The notes beneath the pieces are model-generated. The model saw only the letters and a program-made list of their open reading frames with translations. It searched no databases and was not told the origin of the DNA. A DNA stretch of 63,956 nucleotides, counting the filler, from Octopus bimaculoides (taxonomy: Eukaryota), in NCBI RefSeq assembly GCF_001194135.2. It is 9 parts of 7 records of this genome, joined end to end, with 100 filler letters (N's around TTAATTAATTAA, not from the genome) between each part and the next. Parts side by side here need not be neighbours in the genome. Positions count along the whole stretch, not along the records: positions 4,892 to 20,598 come from NC_068996.1; positions 20,699 to 47,789 come from NC_068986.1; 7 more parts are not named here. One strand, given 5' to 3'. The position numbers were made by a program, and so were the translations under genes. Below, in pieces: positions 11,969 through 23,518 of this stretch. Within the stretch, counting starts at the first letter, position 1. Each line of letters opens with the position of its first letter.

Positions 11969-12137
11969 GCCTCTGTGAGGTCCAACACTCGAAAGGAATT
12001 CAACCACCTCGCCTCTGTGAGGCCTGTTTGAAAGGAGCTCAGCCACGTCGCCTCCATGAGGCCCAACACTCGAAAGGGACTCAGCCACTTTGCCTCCATG
12101 AGGCCCAACACGAAAGGAATTCAGCCACTATGCCTCC
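11969..12137. repeat. ~41-bp minisatellite, 4 units
   Basis: Units start GCCTC(T/C)(G/A)TGAGG at 11969, 12011, 12050 and 12091, with a partial unit at 12132. Confidence 0.9.
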
Positions 12138-12590
12138 ATTTAAAATAGGGATCATGTGATTGTTGGGCTCTTCAGGAATCAGAACACTGGACAACAATGC
12201 CTCCTACACCAAAAACAAAACACACAGAGCCAAAATGCCAATAAGAAAGAAGAAACAAAAAAAAAATCATGTTATTCTGGTTCTGTGAAATGGCAGATAC
12301 TAGATAAATTCTATCAGCATATTTTTTTGTGCTAGACTGGTGAGTTTCTTTCCTTCTAAACAAGCAACTGGCCAGCATGGTGCCCCTGTGTCTGGTTACT
12401 CAAATAAAGTCACCCCCCGCCCCGCCCACACTGAAACTGTTCAAAATCAATGACAACGACACTGATGATGATAATATCACCGCCACCACCACCACCACCA
12501 CCACTACCACCAAGGACAAACATTAACAGCAACAGCAGCAGCAGCAACTATAACAACTACATCAATATATAGTTGTAACTTGACCAGTAC

Positions 12591-12628
12591 CTTGTGAGAG
12601 AAAATTCATAGGCAGAAAGTAGAAATCT
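12591..12628 (-). CDS. Candidate internal exon RFLLSAYEFSLT(R)
   Basis: Good donor AAG|GTACTG in phase 2, compatible with the 10490 exon. The AAG acceptor is atypical. Confidence 0.22.
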
Positions 12629-12834
12629 CTTGTGTGTGTATGTGTATATATTAAGAGAAAGAAGGGGAGAGAAGGAGGAGGGTAAAGGAGATGGAGGGAG
12701 GGAGAGAAAGAGTGAGGAGGGAGAAAGACAAGTGGGAGAGAGGAGGGAGAAAGAGAGAGAGAGAGAAAGAGAGAGGGGGGAGAAGGCTAGAAAGTTAGAC
12801 AAACAGAAATAAGATTAATGTGTATATTTATTAT

Positions 12835-13270
12835 ATGTTCATCCATCCTTATCAATGACAAGCAAGGACATCACGTGGGAGAAGAAGACAGGTCACAGTG
12901 TATTCCTGGCTGAGGCTGATCACTCTTATGCATGCCCAGAAGGCTCTCCTGTAGGTCAGGCACTGATGGTCTGCCAGGACTGATAGGCAATGAATTGACC
13001 CTGGACTTGTGTAGTTCATGTTCTCTTTGTGCTCCTGAAATCCTGTTCTGTTTGTATGAGGTGACATTTGTGTTGGACCATCTTCACCAGGTAAGGCAAT
13101 CTTGAGCTTGGGTTTCCCAGGTGTCGGGTCGATCTCAAAGCTCTTCAGTTAGGGTTTCAGTGTGTCCTTAAAATACTTTACAGTCCACCTAGCATGCACT
13201 TGCCTTCTGCCATTTCACTGTAAAACAGTTTTTTTTTTTAGGGAGTCCTGTCTCAGGGCACTCAAACAAG
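12835..13270 (-). mobile_element. Decayed RTE-clade LINE 3' end (second subfamily, with C-terminal zinc-finger relic)
   Basis: Frameshifted LPKKLFYSEMAEG..FKDTLK..KSFEID.DTWETQAQD..W and HQCLTYRRAF..I resemble the RTE ORF2 C-terminus. Confidence 0.75.
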
Positions 13271-13364
13271 TATATTTATATGGAAGACAAAATACGGAGT
13301 ATGGAGCACCGATAATGATTTGAGCACGAGTTGTGATAAATGACATGAACAAAAGCATACAGGT

Positions 13365-13525
13365 TTAGGGCTAGGGTTATATGGTTAAGAAGCTCACTTT
13401 GCAATCACGTGGTCTCTAGTTCAGTTCCACTTCACAGCACTTTCGATAAATGTCTTCCATTATAGCACCAGGCTGACAAATGCCTTGTGGGTGAGTTTGG
13501 TAGAAAGAAACTGAGTCAAAACTCA

Positions 13526-13572
<47 letters not shown>

Positions 13573-13925
13573 NNNNNNNNNNGTGCGTGTGTGTTTGTGT
13601 GCATGTGTGTGTGTGTGTGGTGTGTGTGCGTGTGTGGTGTGTGTGTGTGTGTGCATGTGGTGTGTGTGTGTGTGTGTGTGTGTGTGTGCATGTGTGGTGT
13701 GTGTGTGTGTGTGTGTGCTTGTACATATGTATTTTCACCAACGCTACCACCACTTGATATCCAGTGTTGGTTTATTTACATCTTCATGACACAGTGGTTC
13801 GGCAGAAAAGACCAATAGAATAAGCAAGAGTCTTAAAAACAAAGTACTGGGGTGGGGGTGAGGGTCAGTTCATTCGACTGAAAGCCCTTCAAGGTGGTGC
13901 CCCAGCATGGCCACTGACCAGTGAC
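13365..13925 (+). mobile_element. Composite SINE B/D with expanded internal (GT)n
   Basis: Head CTAGTTCAGTTCCACTTCACAGCACTTT.., tail GGCAGAAAAGACCAATAGAATAAG..CCAGCATGGCC..GAACAAGTAAA. Confidence 0.85.
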
Positions 13926-14053
13926 TGGAACAAGTAAACGATAAAAGCTAAAAACCATATCAAAGCTCACAATTCTACACACAGTTCAGAAATTGTGTGT
14001 AGAATCCTGCAAAGCACATTTCTACAGTAGAAATCCTACATGACATACACAGC

Positions 14054-14100
14054 ATATACCCTGCATAAGATATACCCTGCATAAGATATACCCTGCATAG
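14054..14100. repeat. 15-bp tandem repeat x3 (ATATACCCTGCATAA)
   Basis: Direct reading. Confidence 0.9.
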
Positions 14101-14204
14101 CATACACAGCATATACCCAATACAGTTAATCCAATGAAACAACACAACTAACACAGCATAACATAATAATCATCTTATAGATAAAGTAGTAGATGAGAGG
14201 TAAG

Positions 14205-14400
14205 ATGTTTGCTTCTCAGCCATATGGTTTTGGGTTCAGTTCCACAGCATGATACTTTGGGAAAATGTCTTTGACAATAGTCCCAGGTTAACTAAAGCCT
14301 TGTGAGTAGATATGGTAGAAGGAAACTGTAAGAAGCTAATCATGTATGTGTGTTTATGTATGTGTGTGTTTGTTTTTGTCCCCCACCATTTGACAACCAG
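14205..14400 (+). mobile_element. SINE B/D 5' half, decayed
   Basis: GGGTTCAGTTCCACAGCATGATACTTTGGG..AAAGCCTTGTGAGTAG..GGAAACTG. Confidence 0.8.
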
Positions 14401-14436
14401 TATTGAATCCCTACAATAAAGCAATACATATATATG

Positions 14437-14738
14437 TGAAGGCACATGGCTCAATGGTTAGAGCATTGAGCTTACGATCACAAGGTTGTGAGTTTGAATC
14501 CCGAACCGGGCTGCGTGTTGTGTTCTTGAGCAAGACACTTTATTTCACGTTGCTCCAGTTCACTCAACTGTAGAAATGAGTTGCGACATTACTGGTGCCA
14601 AGCTGTATCGGCCTTTGCCTTTTCCTTGGACAACATCAGTGGTGTGAAGAAGGGAGGCTGGTATGCTTGTGTGACTTATGCTCTTCCATAAACAACCTTT
14701 GGAAGATGGAAACTGAAAGGAGGCTACTGCGTGTGTGT

Positions 14739-14769
<31 letters not shown>

Positions 14770-14870
14770 CGTACATGTATGCATGCCCACCACCACCACT
14801 TGGGAAATCATGTTAGGGTTCTTTTTTTTTTACATCCCTGTAACTTAGCACTTTGGCAAAAGAGACTGAC
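14437..14870 (+). mobile_element. SINE C (tRNA-like head, CORE/V-like middle) fused to a B/D-type 3' part
   Basis: A box TGGCTCAATGG and B box GAGTTTGAATCC, then TTCTTGAGCAAGACACTTTATTTCACGTTGCTCCAG. Switches at ~14705 to GGAAACTGAAAG, (GT)n and GTAACTTAGC..GGCAAAAGAGAC. Confidence 0.8.
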
Positions 14871-15769
14871 AGAGACAGCAAATTTACAAAATCTTTACAG
14901 TCACAAACAAAGGAGAGTAAAAGATTTTCAGATTTGGTTGTTATTTCTAGCAGTTTAGATGACCACGTAGAAGATGCTATGTTGTCAACAATGACCACCA
15001 CTACTACCACCATCACTACCATTGTTGCTACCTCTATTTTTCGTATTAAATAACTCTGTTAAAATTCGCCGCACCTATTATCTTTTCAGTAGTTCCATTT
15101 CAAGAATTTGTAGATTCTTGTCTCCGTTACATTGTGAAATATCGTTTCCGTCATTTTAATTAGTTTTCATATTGTATAGATGTAATTATATATTTGTAGA
15201 TATCAAATAGAACAAACACCGGTAAATTGCAATACATTCAAAAAGTGACAATCAATCTTCAACGCAACAAAGCACACAAGTAACAATGACTGGTACAATG
15301 TAGAATGACACCAGTTTTGACATTGATTGGAAGATAAAATTTGAATATATTTCTTATTGATTTATAAAATCTCTTTGTGGCATTTCTCCTTTAGTACTTA
15401 CTGACCTTCTTCATATTAAAAGACTTGTCTACTTTAAACCTTAAGATGGCATCATTTTCATCTTCCTCATTAACATTATCCGTTGACAATTGAGAGAGAG
15501 AGAGATAGAGAGAGATTTATCCTTTTATGGCACAATATATTAATATAACCTTTGTGGTGATCTCTAACGATCAAGTTCAATTGATATATCTGGTCACTTC
15601 AGTGAATACATTACATTTTAAACTTTGCGCTTCGTAAACTCAAGTAGCACATCTAGTACAGCCATTAACTTCATATGTGGCTGTACAGTTTCTTGTTTGT
15701 AAACATTAATGACTTGTAGGGATGTGGTATTTCGTTATGCAACCATAATATTCTACAGGGTATACTCTT

Positions 15770-15971
15770 TTAATTGTTTCAGTCATTTGACTGTGGCCAT
15801 GCTAGAGCACCGCCTTTAGTAGAGCAATTCGACCCCAGGAGTTATTCTTTGGAAGCCTAGTACTTATTCTATCGGTCTTTTTTGCCAAACCGCTAAGTTA
15901 CAGGGACATAAACACACCAACATCGATTGTCAAGCGAAGTTGGGGGGACAAACATAGACACACAAACATAT

Positions 15972-16002
<31 letters not shown>

Positions 16003-16175
16003 CATATATACGACGGGCTTTTTTCAGTTTCCGTCTACCAAATCCACTCACAAGGCTTTGGTCAGCCTGAGGCTATAGCAGAAGACACTTGCCCAAGGTG
16101 CCATGCAGTGGGACTGAACCCGGAACCATGTGGTTGGTAAGCAAGCTACTTACCATACAACCACTCCTGTGCCTA
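15770..16175 (-). mobile_element. Full-length young SINE B/D
   Basis: Close match to 17515-17975 and 52890-53075. Confidence 0.95.
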
Positions 16176-16559
16176 TAAAATATTTTTATAAGCATATCAG
16201 ATATTTTTATAAGTCAATACTGTGTTCTACTGTGTTAGCAGTGCTATTAAACCACTTGTTAAAGTTATCTCTACAGATATTTAAAAAATTGTAGCCAGCA
16301 CTCATTTTAATTATGACATTTTGTATTCAAGACGTTAGATGTAAACAAACATTGAGATTGAAGATTAGAAAAGGGTAACGGGCATATATGCCATACTCCA
16401 GGAGTTTTCACTCCTTCATCAGCGTCCATTTAACCCATTCATCAACCGTGAATACTTTGTTTGAACATCCACTAAAAATTAGCAGTGTAACGTTATTGGA
16501 TATACCAATTTTACATATGTACTCCAAGGGTATGCACTCCACAGACATGCATACCTTTA

Positions 16560-16660
16560 ATGCAGTTCAGCATGATACAGAATCTGACAAGGCTGGCCCC
16601 CTTTGAATTACAGGTACAACTCATTTTTACCAACTGAATGGACTAGAGCAACATGAAGCA
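16560..16660 (-). mobile_element. SINE F middle fragment
   Basis: TGACAAGGCTGGCCCCCTTTGAATTACAGGTACAACTCATTTTT matches 55960-55995 in reverse. Confidence 0.7.
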
Positions 16661-16995
16661 ATATATGTGTGTGCATGTATATATATATATATATCGAAAG
16701 GAGGAGTAGATAGACAGCTGACAACTGATGAAGGGTCCTTTCTCTGTGTTTACTTGTCCTGTTTTCCATTTATTCTCATTCACGTATTTCACTCATTTTT
16801 CCCTCGTTTGTTTATGTATTTCATGTTATTTGCACTGTGGGTGACGTCCTGTCCCATATATGCATGTATATATATATATATATATATATATATCAAAATG
16901 TATCACTTTAACTTGGTATCTCTACCTGTAAAACAGCTGGGATATCTTGTTTTTTAGTGTAATTTTGCTACCTCTGGTAACTATTNNNNNNNNNN

Positions 16996-17030
<35 letters not shown>

Positions 17031-17238
17031 CACATATACATATATTAAATTCAATTAGAGGTTGTGTTAACCTCATGAAGGGGTGGTTTCAGCCAAGGAA
17101 ATACCGATCTGCTATAGTCAGTCTGCTACAATGAATGCATAAACACATATAAAACATCCAAGAGTATATTTTTTCTCCTCGGGTTATATAAATTTAAATT
17201 TTACTTAATATTTACTGAGTATAAATTGAAACAGCTGT

Positions 17239-17458
17239 AAGGTCTAGATTTAGCCCAGGAAGTTGATTTTTGCCGAGTTGGAACTGTTATAGTCTGTCTG
17301 ATTTATTTGACAATATTTATAAGACTCTTACTCAGTTTATTTATAGTTTGGTTTGTTTGTATGGCTTGAGACTGTCAGGCCGTCATCTTAGTATGGGGCT
17401 GAACTAGAGTATCCAGAATAAATAGCACAGCATGATCAGCAACTACAGCCTCATAATA
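17239..17458 (-). mobile_element. Duplicated 220-bp Penelope RT-core segment
   Basis: Near-identical to 19457-19673; encodes Y*DDGLTV. Confidence 0.8.
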
Positions 17459-17514
17459 TGTATGTATACATATACTAAAAAGTCAGGGTACAATATGCAC
17501 CTGTTTGCTGAACT

Positions 17515-17777
17515 CTTTTACTTGTTTCAGTCATTTGACTGCGGCCATGCTGGAGCACCACCTTTTAGTCGAGCTAATCAACTCCAGGACTTATTCTTTG
17601 TAAGCCTAGTACTTATTNNNNNNNNNNGGACTTATTCTTTGTAAGCCTAGTACTTATTCTATCGGTCTCTTTTGTCGAATCGCTAAGTTACGGGGACGTA
17701 AACACACCAGCATCGGTTGTCAAGCGATCTTGGGGGAACAAACACAGATACACAAACATATACACACATATACATAC

Positions 17778-17810
<33 letters not shown>

Positions 17811-17975
17811 CATATATACGACGGGCTTCTTTCAGTTTCCGTCTACCAAATCCATTCACGAGGCTTTGGTCGGCCCGAGGCTATAGTAGAAGACACTTGC
17901 CCAAGGTGCCATGCAGTGGGACTGAACCCGGAACTATGTGGTTTGTAAGCAAGCTACTTACCACACAGCCACTCC
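17515..17975 (-). mobile_element. Full-length young SINE B/D
   Basis: Family match. A 31-nt segment is repeated on both sides of a 10-N gap. Confidence 0.95.
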
Positions 17976-19219
17976 TGAAGGTTTATTAATTTTTTTGAAA
18001 TAGTTTACGTAGATTTTAGATCTGTTGGAGTGCATTTCTTTTCAGTCACATGTGTGTGCGTGTGTGTGTTTGTGAGAGAGAGAGAAAGAGACAGGCAGAG
18101 AGAGAGACACAGAGAGAGTGAGAGAGACTGAACAAGAAGAACAAAATCGTCCCCATTATTTAATTGATACTCCATTTATCGATCCTGGAATGATGAAAGG
18201 CAAAGTTAACCTCAATGGAGTTTGAACATTGAGTGCAGAGTCAGAACAAATACTGCAAAGCATTCTAACTTTAAGCTCAAACAATTCTGTCAGTCAACTG
18301 CAATACACCTTAAAGGTAATAAAAATTGATTTCTTCTTAGACACAAGACCAATTATATGAAGGGGAGGGATATATGTAGTTTTATTCTTCCGGTTCCAAT
18401 ATATATTGTTGATATTTATTTTATCGACTTTGCAAAAAAAAAAATGAAAAGCAACAAATTCAGAAATCAGACAAGCGAAACAAAGCAGTTCAAAGGTATC
18501 GAGTTCAATATTTAAAAGATCCAAGACCTTAGCGGTTACGATAATTGTGACTTTTCGTGACCACTCTTTGATGAACAGGAAAGCAACCAAAACCATTTCA
18601 AAGCTGAATATTTTACATTAATATTGGTATGGAGAATATCTAATAGAGTGGAATGGTCAACACTATCAAAAGTAGCAGAGAGATGAAGTCATGATGCAAA
18701 TGCTCATGTTACACGATAAAATTCATTCAAAGCTTTTATGAAACAGCCTCCAGTTTCTCGTACATTATTATAATCATTGCTTTCACGGTTGAAGTTGATG
18801 TGTGTGAAGGAACAGAGGTGACAATGTGGCAACTTTTGAATTTCCGGGGGAGAGGGTGGTGTCTTTATGGACTGTATATGTTCACCAGAGGGAGGTCATT
18901 TCACTGACCACACACTACACTGAGATAAATCTAATCACAAAAGTCAATGAAAATACCTGTATGTGGTCATTTGACTTGCTCTGCTAGAAATAGCAGCCAA
19001 ACCTTGAACCAAAACCACTGTTTAGCAGCTTTTCAATAGTGTAACAAGCACTGTTGGAAGTCATTATCGAAGCATAAATAACTAACCTTGACATTATGGA
19101 AATTAAAAAGTTGTGGAAAGCAAAGGACTCTTGGAAAAGTTATTTAATTAGTGTCAAGAAGCTATGAGTTATATAAGCAGAAAGATCTAGATTGAAAGGA
19201 AGATTAAACTAGATTATCT

Positions 19220-19790
19220 TTCTCTTTTTAACACCCTTTGATTTTGAGGTGGTTTAAGGGATCCTCCTTATATACTAATTTACCAGTAAAACCACTCCTC
19301 ATTAGTACCTTGTAATAATGGGTCTGCAACTTTGTTGAAGATCTTTCTATTTGCCAGTAAACTTGAGATTCTTCTGATGATACCTGTGGCTAGGTTTCTA
19401 ATTACAGCTGATGGCATGGTTGGAGTGTCTAAGAAAAGGTAGTGTTTGCTTATTTCAAGGTCTAGATTTAGCCCAGGAAGTTGATTTTTGCTGAGTTGGA
19501 ACTGTTATAGTCTGTCTGATTTATTTGACAAAATTTATAAGACTTACTCAATTTATTCATGGTTTGGTTGATTGTATGGCTTGAGACTGTCAGGCCATCA
19601 TCTTAGTATAGGGCTGAACTAGAGTATCCAGGATAAATAGCACAGCATGATCGGCAACTACAGCATCATAATAGCTTCCTATGAATATGGCAAGAAGTAA
19701 GTTGCCTTCATATTTTATTCATTCAGAATCATTGTGAAATAAGAGCAGCTTCCAAACATTCAGAAAAATTCTGATGTTGATATGGTTATA
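19220..19790 (-). mobile_element. Decayed Penelope-like element (RT core and thumb/linker)
   Basis: Frameshifted LLFHND..IK..GSYYDAVVAD..VLFILDTL..LY*DDGLTV..KINFLG..HSNH..VIRNLATGIIRRISSLLAN.KIFNK..YYKVLMRSGFTGKLVY follows PLE motif order (GSxDGAEVCELVG, YRDDGL, FLD, SNHP). Confidence 0.8.
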
Positions 19791-19949
19791 AATGTCTGTC
19801 TATCTGTCAGTCCATCTATCTATCTGCAGTATATATAAATATGTGTGTATAAAACTTAGAGTATCCAGTTTTACAGATCCATTTCAGCCAATCTTACAAA
19901 CTGATTTCACACTGTTTATCTATCTGTCTGTCTCTCTGGCTGTCTATCA

Positions 19950-20009
<60 letters not shown>

Positions 20010-20013
<4 letters not shown>

Positions 20014-20585
20014 GTCCTTTAAACGGGAAGAAAAAAACGGTTTTTGTAACACTGATAGCTATGGCGAAAGAATGCATGTGATGGACGCGTTTGAAAGGTC
20101 TACAAACAAACACTTTCCTCTCTGGTCAGTCCCTCGTCAACTTTTTCAAGTACCACTTGAAAAGGAGGATGAGGATAGAGAGGAAAGTGTTGTCGAATGA
20201 AAGTTTCAATAAAAAATGGGTAAATGGGGCAAGAATGGTAAGTATGAAAGATGACACCATTTTAAGCATAGACTTGTAACAAAAAGAGACAAAAAGAGAG
20301 AAGGTACTTACTTTCATGTACTTTAAAAAAAAAAGAAGCCTGAGGTGACCGTGGTCTTTTCGTAGGTTTTTCTTTCCACGGATAACCTCCCCATTTATTG
20401 GGAATTTTTTGTATTATTTCGTATTTTTTGTAAATACCCCAAACGTTTTGCGATGTTTTTTTTTCATCGTTGTCCCCACTTTTGTTTTTTTTTTCTGCTT
20501 TGTTTTCGACCCCCTCGAAAAGAAAAACTCTACATTTGTATTTTGTCCCCTCTGTGTTGAGCCCTGTGTGGCTAATAAAGAAACC
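20010..20585 (+). mobile_element. Young 5'-truncated L1/Tx1-like LINE (ORF2 end and 3' UTR)
   Basis: KGLQTNTFLSGQSLVNFFKYHLKRRMRIERKVL..KKWVNGARMV; homologous to 1641-2035; (CTAT)n on both sides. Confidence 0.75.
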
Positions 20586-20698
20586 TATCTATCTATCTNN
20601 NNNNNNNNNNNNNNNNNNNNNNNNNNNNNNNNNNNNNNNNNNTTAATTAATTAANNNNNNNNNNNNNNNNNNNNNNNNNNNNNNNNNNNNNNNNNNNN

Positions 20699-20762
<64 letters not shown>

Positions 20763-21105
20763 ACACGTATATAGTGATACACTCACACACATAACTGAAT
20801 GCATATTTTTGCTTATTAATAAGATTATAAACAAAGCAGTGAAGTTGATATGTATGTGATTTTGAGAGAATACGTATATGAAGTTATATTTATATATATA
20901 CTTGTATTTGTGTATATGCTTGTACATTTTTGTGGAGGCATGTTCCTGACTTTATATTTGTGTGTAGAAGTATCTAGGGCTTGAAATTTGTCTTATTTTT
21001 TGGCCAGATTAATGTACATTAAGGTGCATATGCTGAAGTCTCGACATTTGAGTAAATTATTAAATAAATAACTAAATTTATTTATATAATACTAATAATA
21101 TTCTT

Positions 21106-21772
21106 TTCTACTAAAGGTATGATGCCTGAAAATTTGGGGAAGGGAGTCTAGTCGTTTAGGGAGTCTAGTCGTTTAGCCTAAACCCAGTGTTTCACAGGTA
21201 CTTACTTATTCTATCGATTCTGAAGGGTGAAAGGCAAAGTCGACCTCGGCGGAATTTGAACTCAGAACGTAAAGACGAACGAAATGCCGCTTAGTATTTT
21301 ACCCGGCGTGCTAAAGATTCTGCCAGCTCATCGCCTTAATTTTTATTATAGGCATAAGGCTTGAAGTTTTGGGGGAAGGGCCGAGTCGATGACATCGACC
21401 CCAGAATTTCACTGGTACTTAATTTATCGACTCTGAAAGGATGAAAGGCAAAGTCGACCTCGGCGGAATTTGAACTCAGAACGTAAAGACCGCTAAGCAT
21501 TTCGCTTGGCGTGCTAACGTCTCTGCCAAGTCGCCGCCTTAATTATACTGTTGTTTCATATTTTCACATAAGCCCTGCAGTTCAAGGGGAATGGTGTTAG
21601 TCGATTCCATGAAGCCTTGTACAAGACTGGCACTTTATTCTATCGACCTTCGAAAAAAATGAAAGGCAAAGATGACCTCCGCATGACTTTAACTCAGGAC
21701 GTAAATAGCCGGAAGTTATGTCGCTAAGCATTTTATCCGACGCACTAACGTTTCTGCCAACTCTCCGCCTTA
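21106..21772 (-). mobile_element. Three head-to-tail SINE A copies, CpG retained
   Basis: GTCGACCTCGGCGGAATTTGAACTCAGAACGTAAAGAC at 21240 and 21452, variant at 21670. Confidence 0.92.
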
Positions 21773-21779
21773 ATAATGT

Positions 21780-22181
21780 TAGTGGTTGGTGAAGATAACG
21801 ATGATTATGATGGTGATGACGATGATGATGAAGATGATGATGACGACGATGATGAGGATGATAGTGATGATAATGATGATGATGACGATCAAGATGCTGC
21901 TGCTGATAATGCTGCTGTTGATGATGATGGTGATGATAATGACGATGAGGAGTATACACGCATGAGAGTAATAATGATCTGTTGCTCCTGCTGCTGGGTA
22001 AGGTGGTGGTGTTACTACTACTAATAGAACTAGTGTTATACTATGATAAATATTAGTAAAGCGAGTAAAAAAAAAATTAAAAAGGTACAAAAAGAACAAA
22101 AAACCCTATGAAAATGCATCGAAAATGTGCAATATAAGCAATAGTGATGGTGCTAATGTCGGTGGTAGTCGTTCTGTTGGG

Positions 22182-22218
<37 letters not shown>

Positions 22219-22355
22219 AAGGATCATAGTAATGCTAATGATAATCATGGAACTAGCTATATCGATGATGATGATAATGATGATGATGATAATGACGACA
22301 ACGACAACGACAACAACTACATTAATACAGCTGCTATTGATGATGATGATGAAGG
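21780..22355. repeat. Compound trinucleotide low-complexity tract (GAT/GAC/CTA/AAC)
   Basis: Direct reading. ORFs in several frames are homopolymeric. Confidence 0.9.
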
Positions 22356-22786
22356 TGAATGCGTCATTATACTTATTTTTTTTTTATATCAGAAGACAGA
22401 AAAAAAAAACATTCCACCAGAACACTTCTCTCCCTCCACTCCATAAAATACCCAACGAGAACCAGTTTGTGCTGAAGGTGGTTATAGAAATGGTATGGGA
22501 AGTGTTAGAGAACAAGTTTTACGTGTTCACGCAAGCAACCTCTTGTGTAAGACGTGTATATATTAAACTTAAGAAGAAGAAATAAAATAGAGAGACGGGA
22601 GCTGACGAAATATTAGCATATGACGAGTTTATATCTTGTCTCGGCTAGATGAACACCTACATATTTGATACGTAAACATGTAAACATACACCCAGACACA
22701 CAGACACGCACACACATATATGCATACATACATATATACATACATAAATACATACATATATATATATATATGTATGTGAGTGTGTA

Positions 22787-22885
<99 letters not shown>

Positions 22886-23112
22886 ATACACAAATGCAGA
22901 TATATATTTATATATTTATATGCATACATATACACATATACGTACCTAAAGACAACAACAAAACAAAATTTCTTATATATATGCATATGTGTATATATGT
23001 ATATGTATATATACATACATACATATATATATACATTTATATATGTATATATATCATAGATATTGCTGTGTATATTTTTATAAGTCGACCTCTGTATGTG
23101 TGTGTTAACATG

Positions 23113-23143
<31 letters not shown>

Positions 23144-23152
23144 ATATATATA

Positions 23153-23244
<92 letters not shown>

Positions 23245-23437
23245 AGTGTGTGTGTATAAATATGTATATATGTAAATATTTTATGCAAGCATATATGTAA
23301 ACGCACAGAACTATATATGCATATATCTATCTATCTATCTATATATCTATATATGTTTATGTAGATATATATAAATGTACATATATATTAGTACACATAC
23401 ATATACGCATTAATTAAACTGTCTATATATATATATG

Positions 23438-23518
<81 letters not shown>

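Noticed and set aside
13242-13361. Apparent plus-strand exon after TTTTTTTTTTAG
   Set aside because: All frames close, and the poly-T is the antisense of an expanded poly-A (PKK codons) in the RTE relic.
13972-14005. Short hairpins (ATTCTACACACA/TGTGTGTAGAAT; also 7607-7630 and 15647-15678)
   Set aside because: Single-copy, 9-14-bp stems with no TSD or family support. They could be chance or tiny MITE relics.
14441-14512. tRNA-like sequence with A and B boxes (also 54745-54810 and 55830-55895)
   Set aside because: Each continues directly into a multicopy SINE body and lacks a well-paired acceptor stem, so these are SINE heads, not tRNA genes.
15403-15492. Minus-strand acidic peptide (LSTDNVNEEDENDAILRFK) above a GTCAGTAAGT double donor
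   Set aside because: On exact counting all three frames hit a stop before the donors, and there is no good AG acceptor.
17608-17658. 31-nt direct repeat across a 10-N gap (similarly 40497-40548)
   Set aside because: Unmerged contig overlap. The SINE consensus has the segment once.
18294-18596. 100-aa minus-strand ORF with protein-like composition
   Set aside because: No recognisable motif, it runs into a SINE A remnant, and splice sites are unconvincing. Left unassigned pending a homology search.
21597-22585. Poly-Asp, poly-His and poly-Met ORFs
   Set aside because: These are translations of GAT/GAC/CAT trinucleotide tracts open in several frames on both strands, with no flanking domain or splice support.
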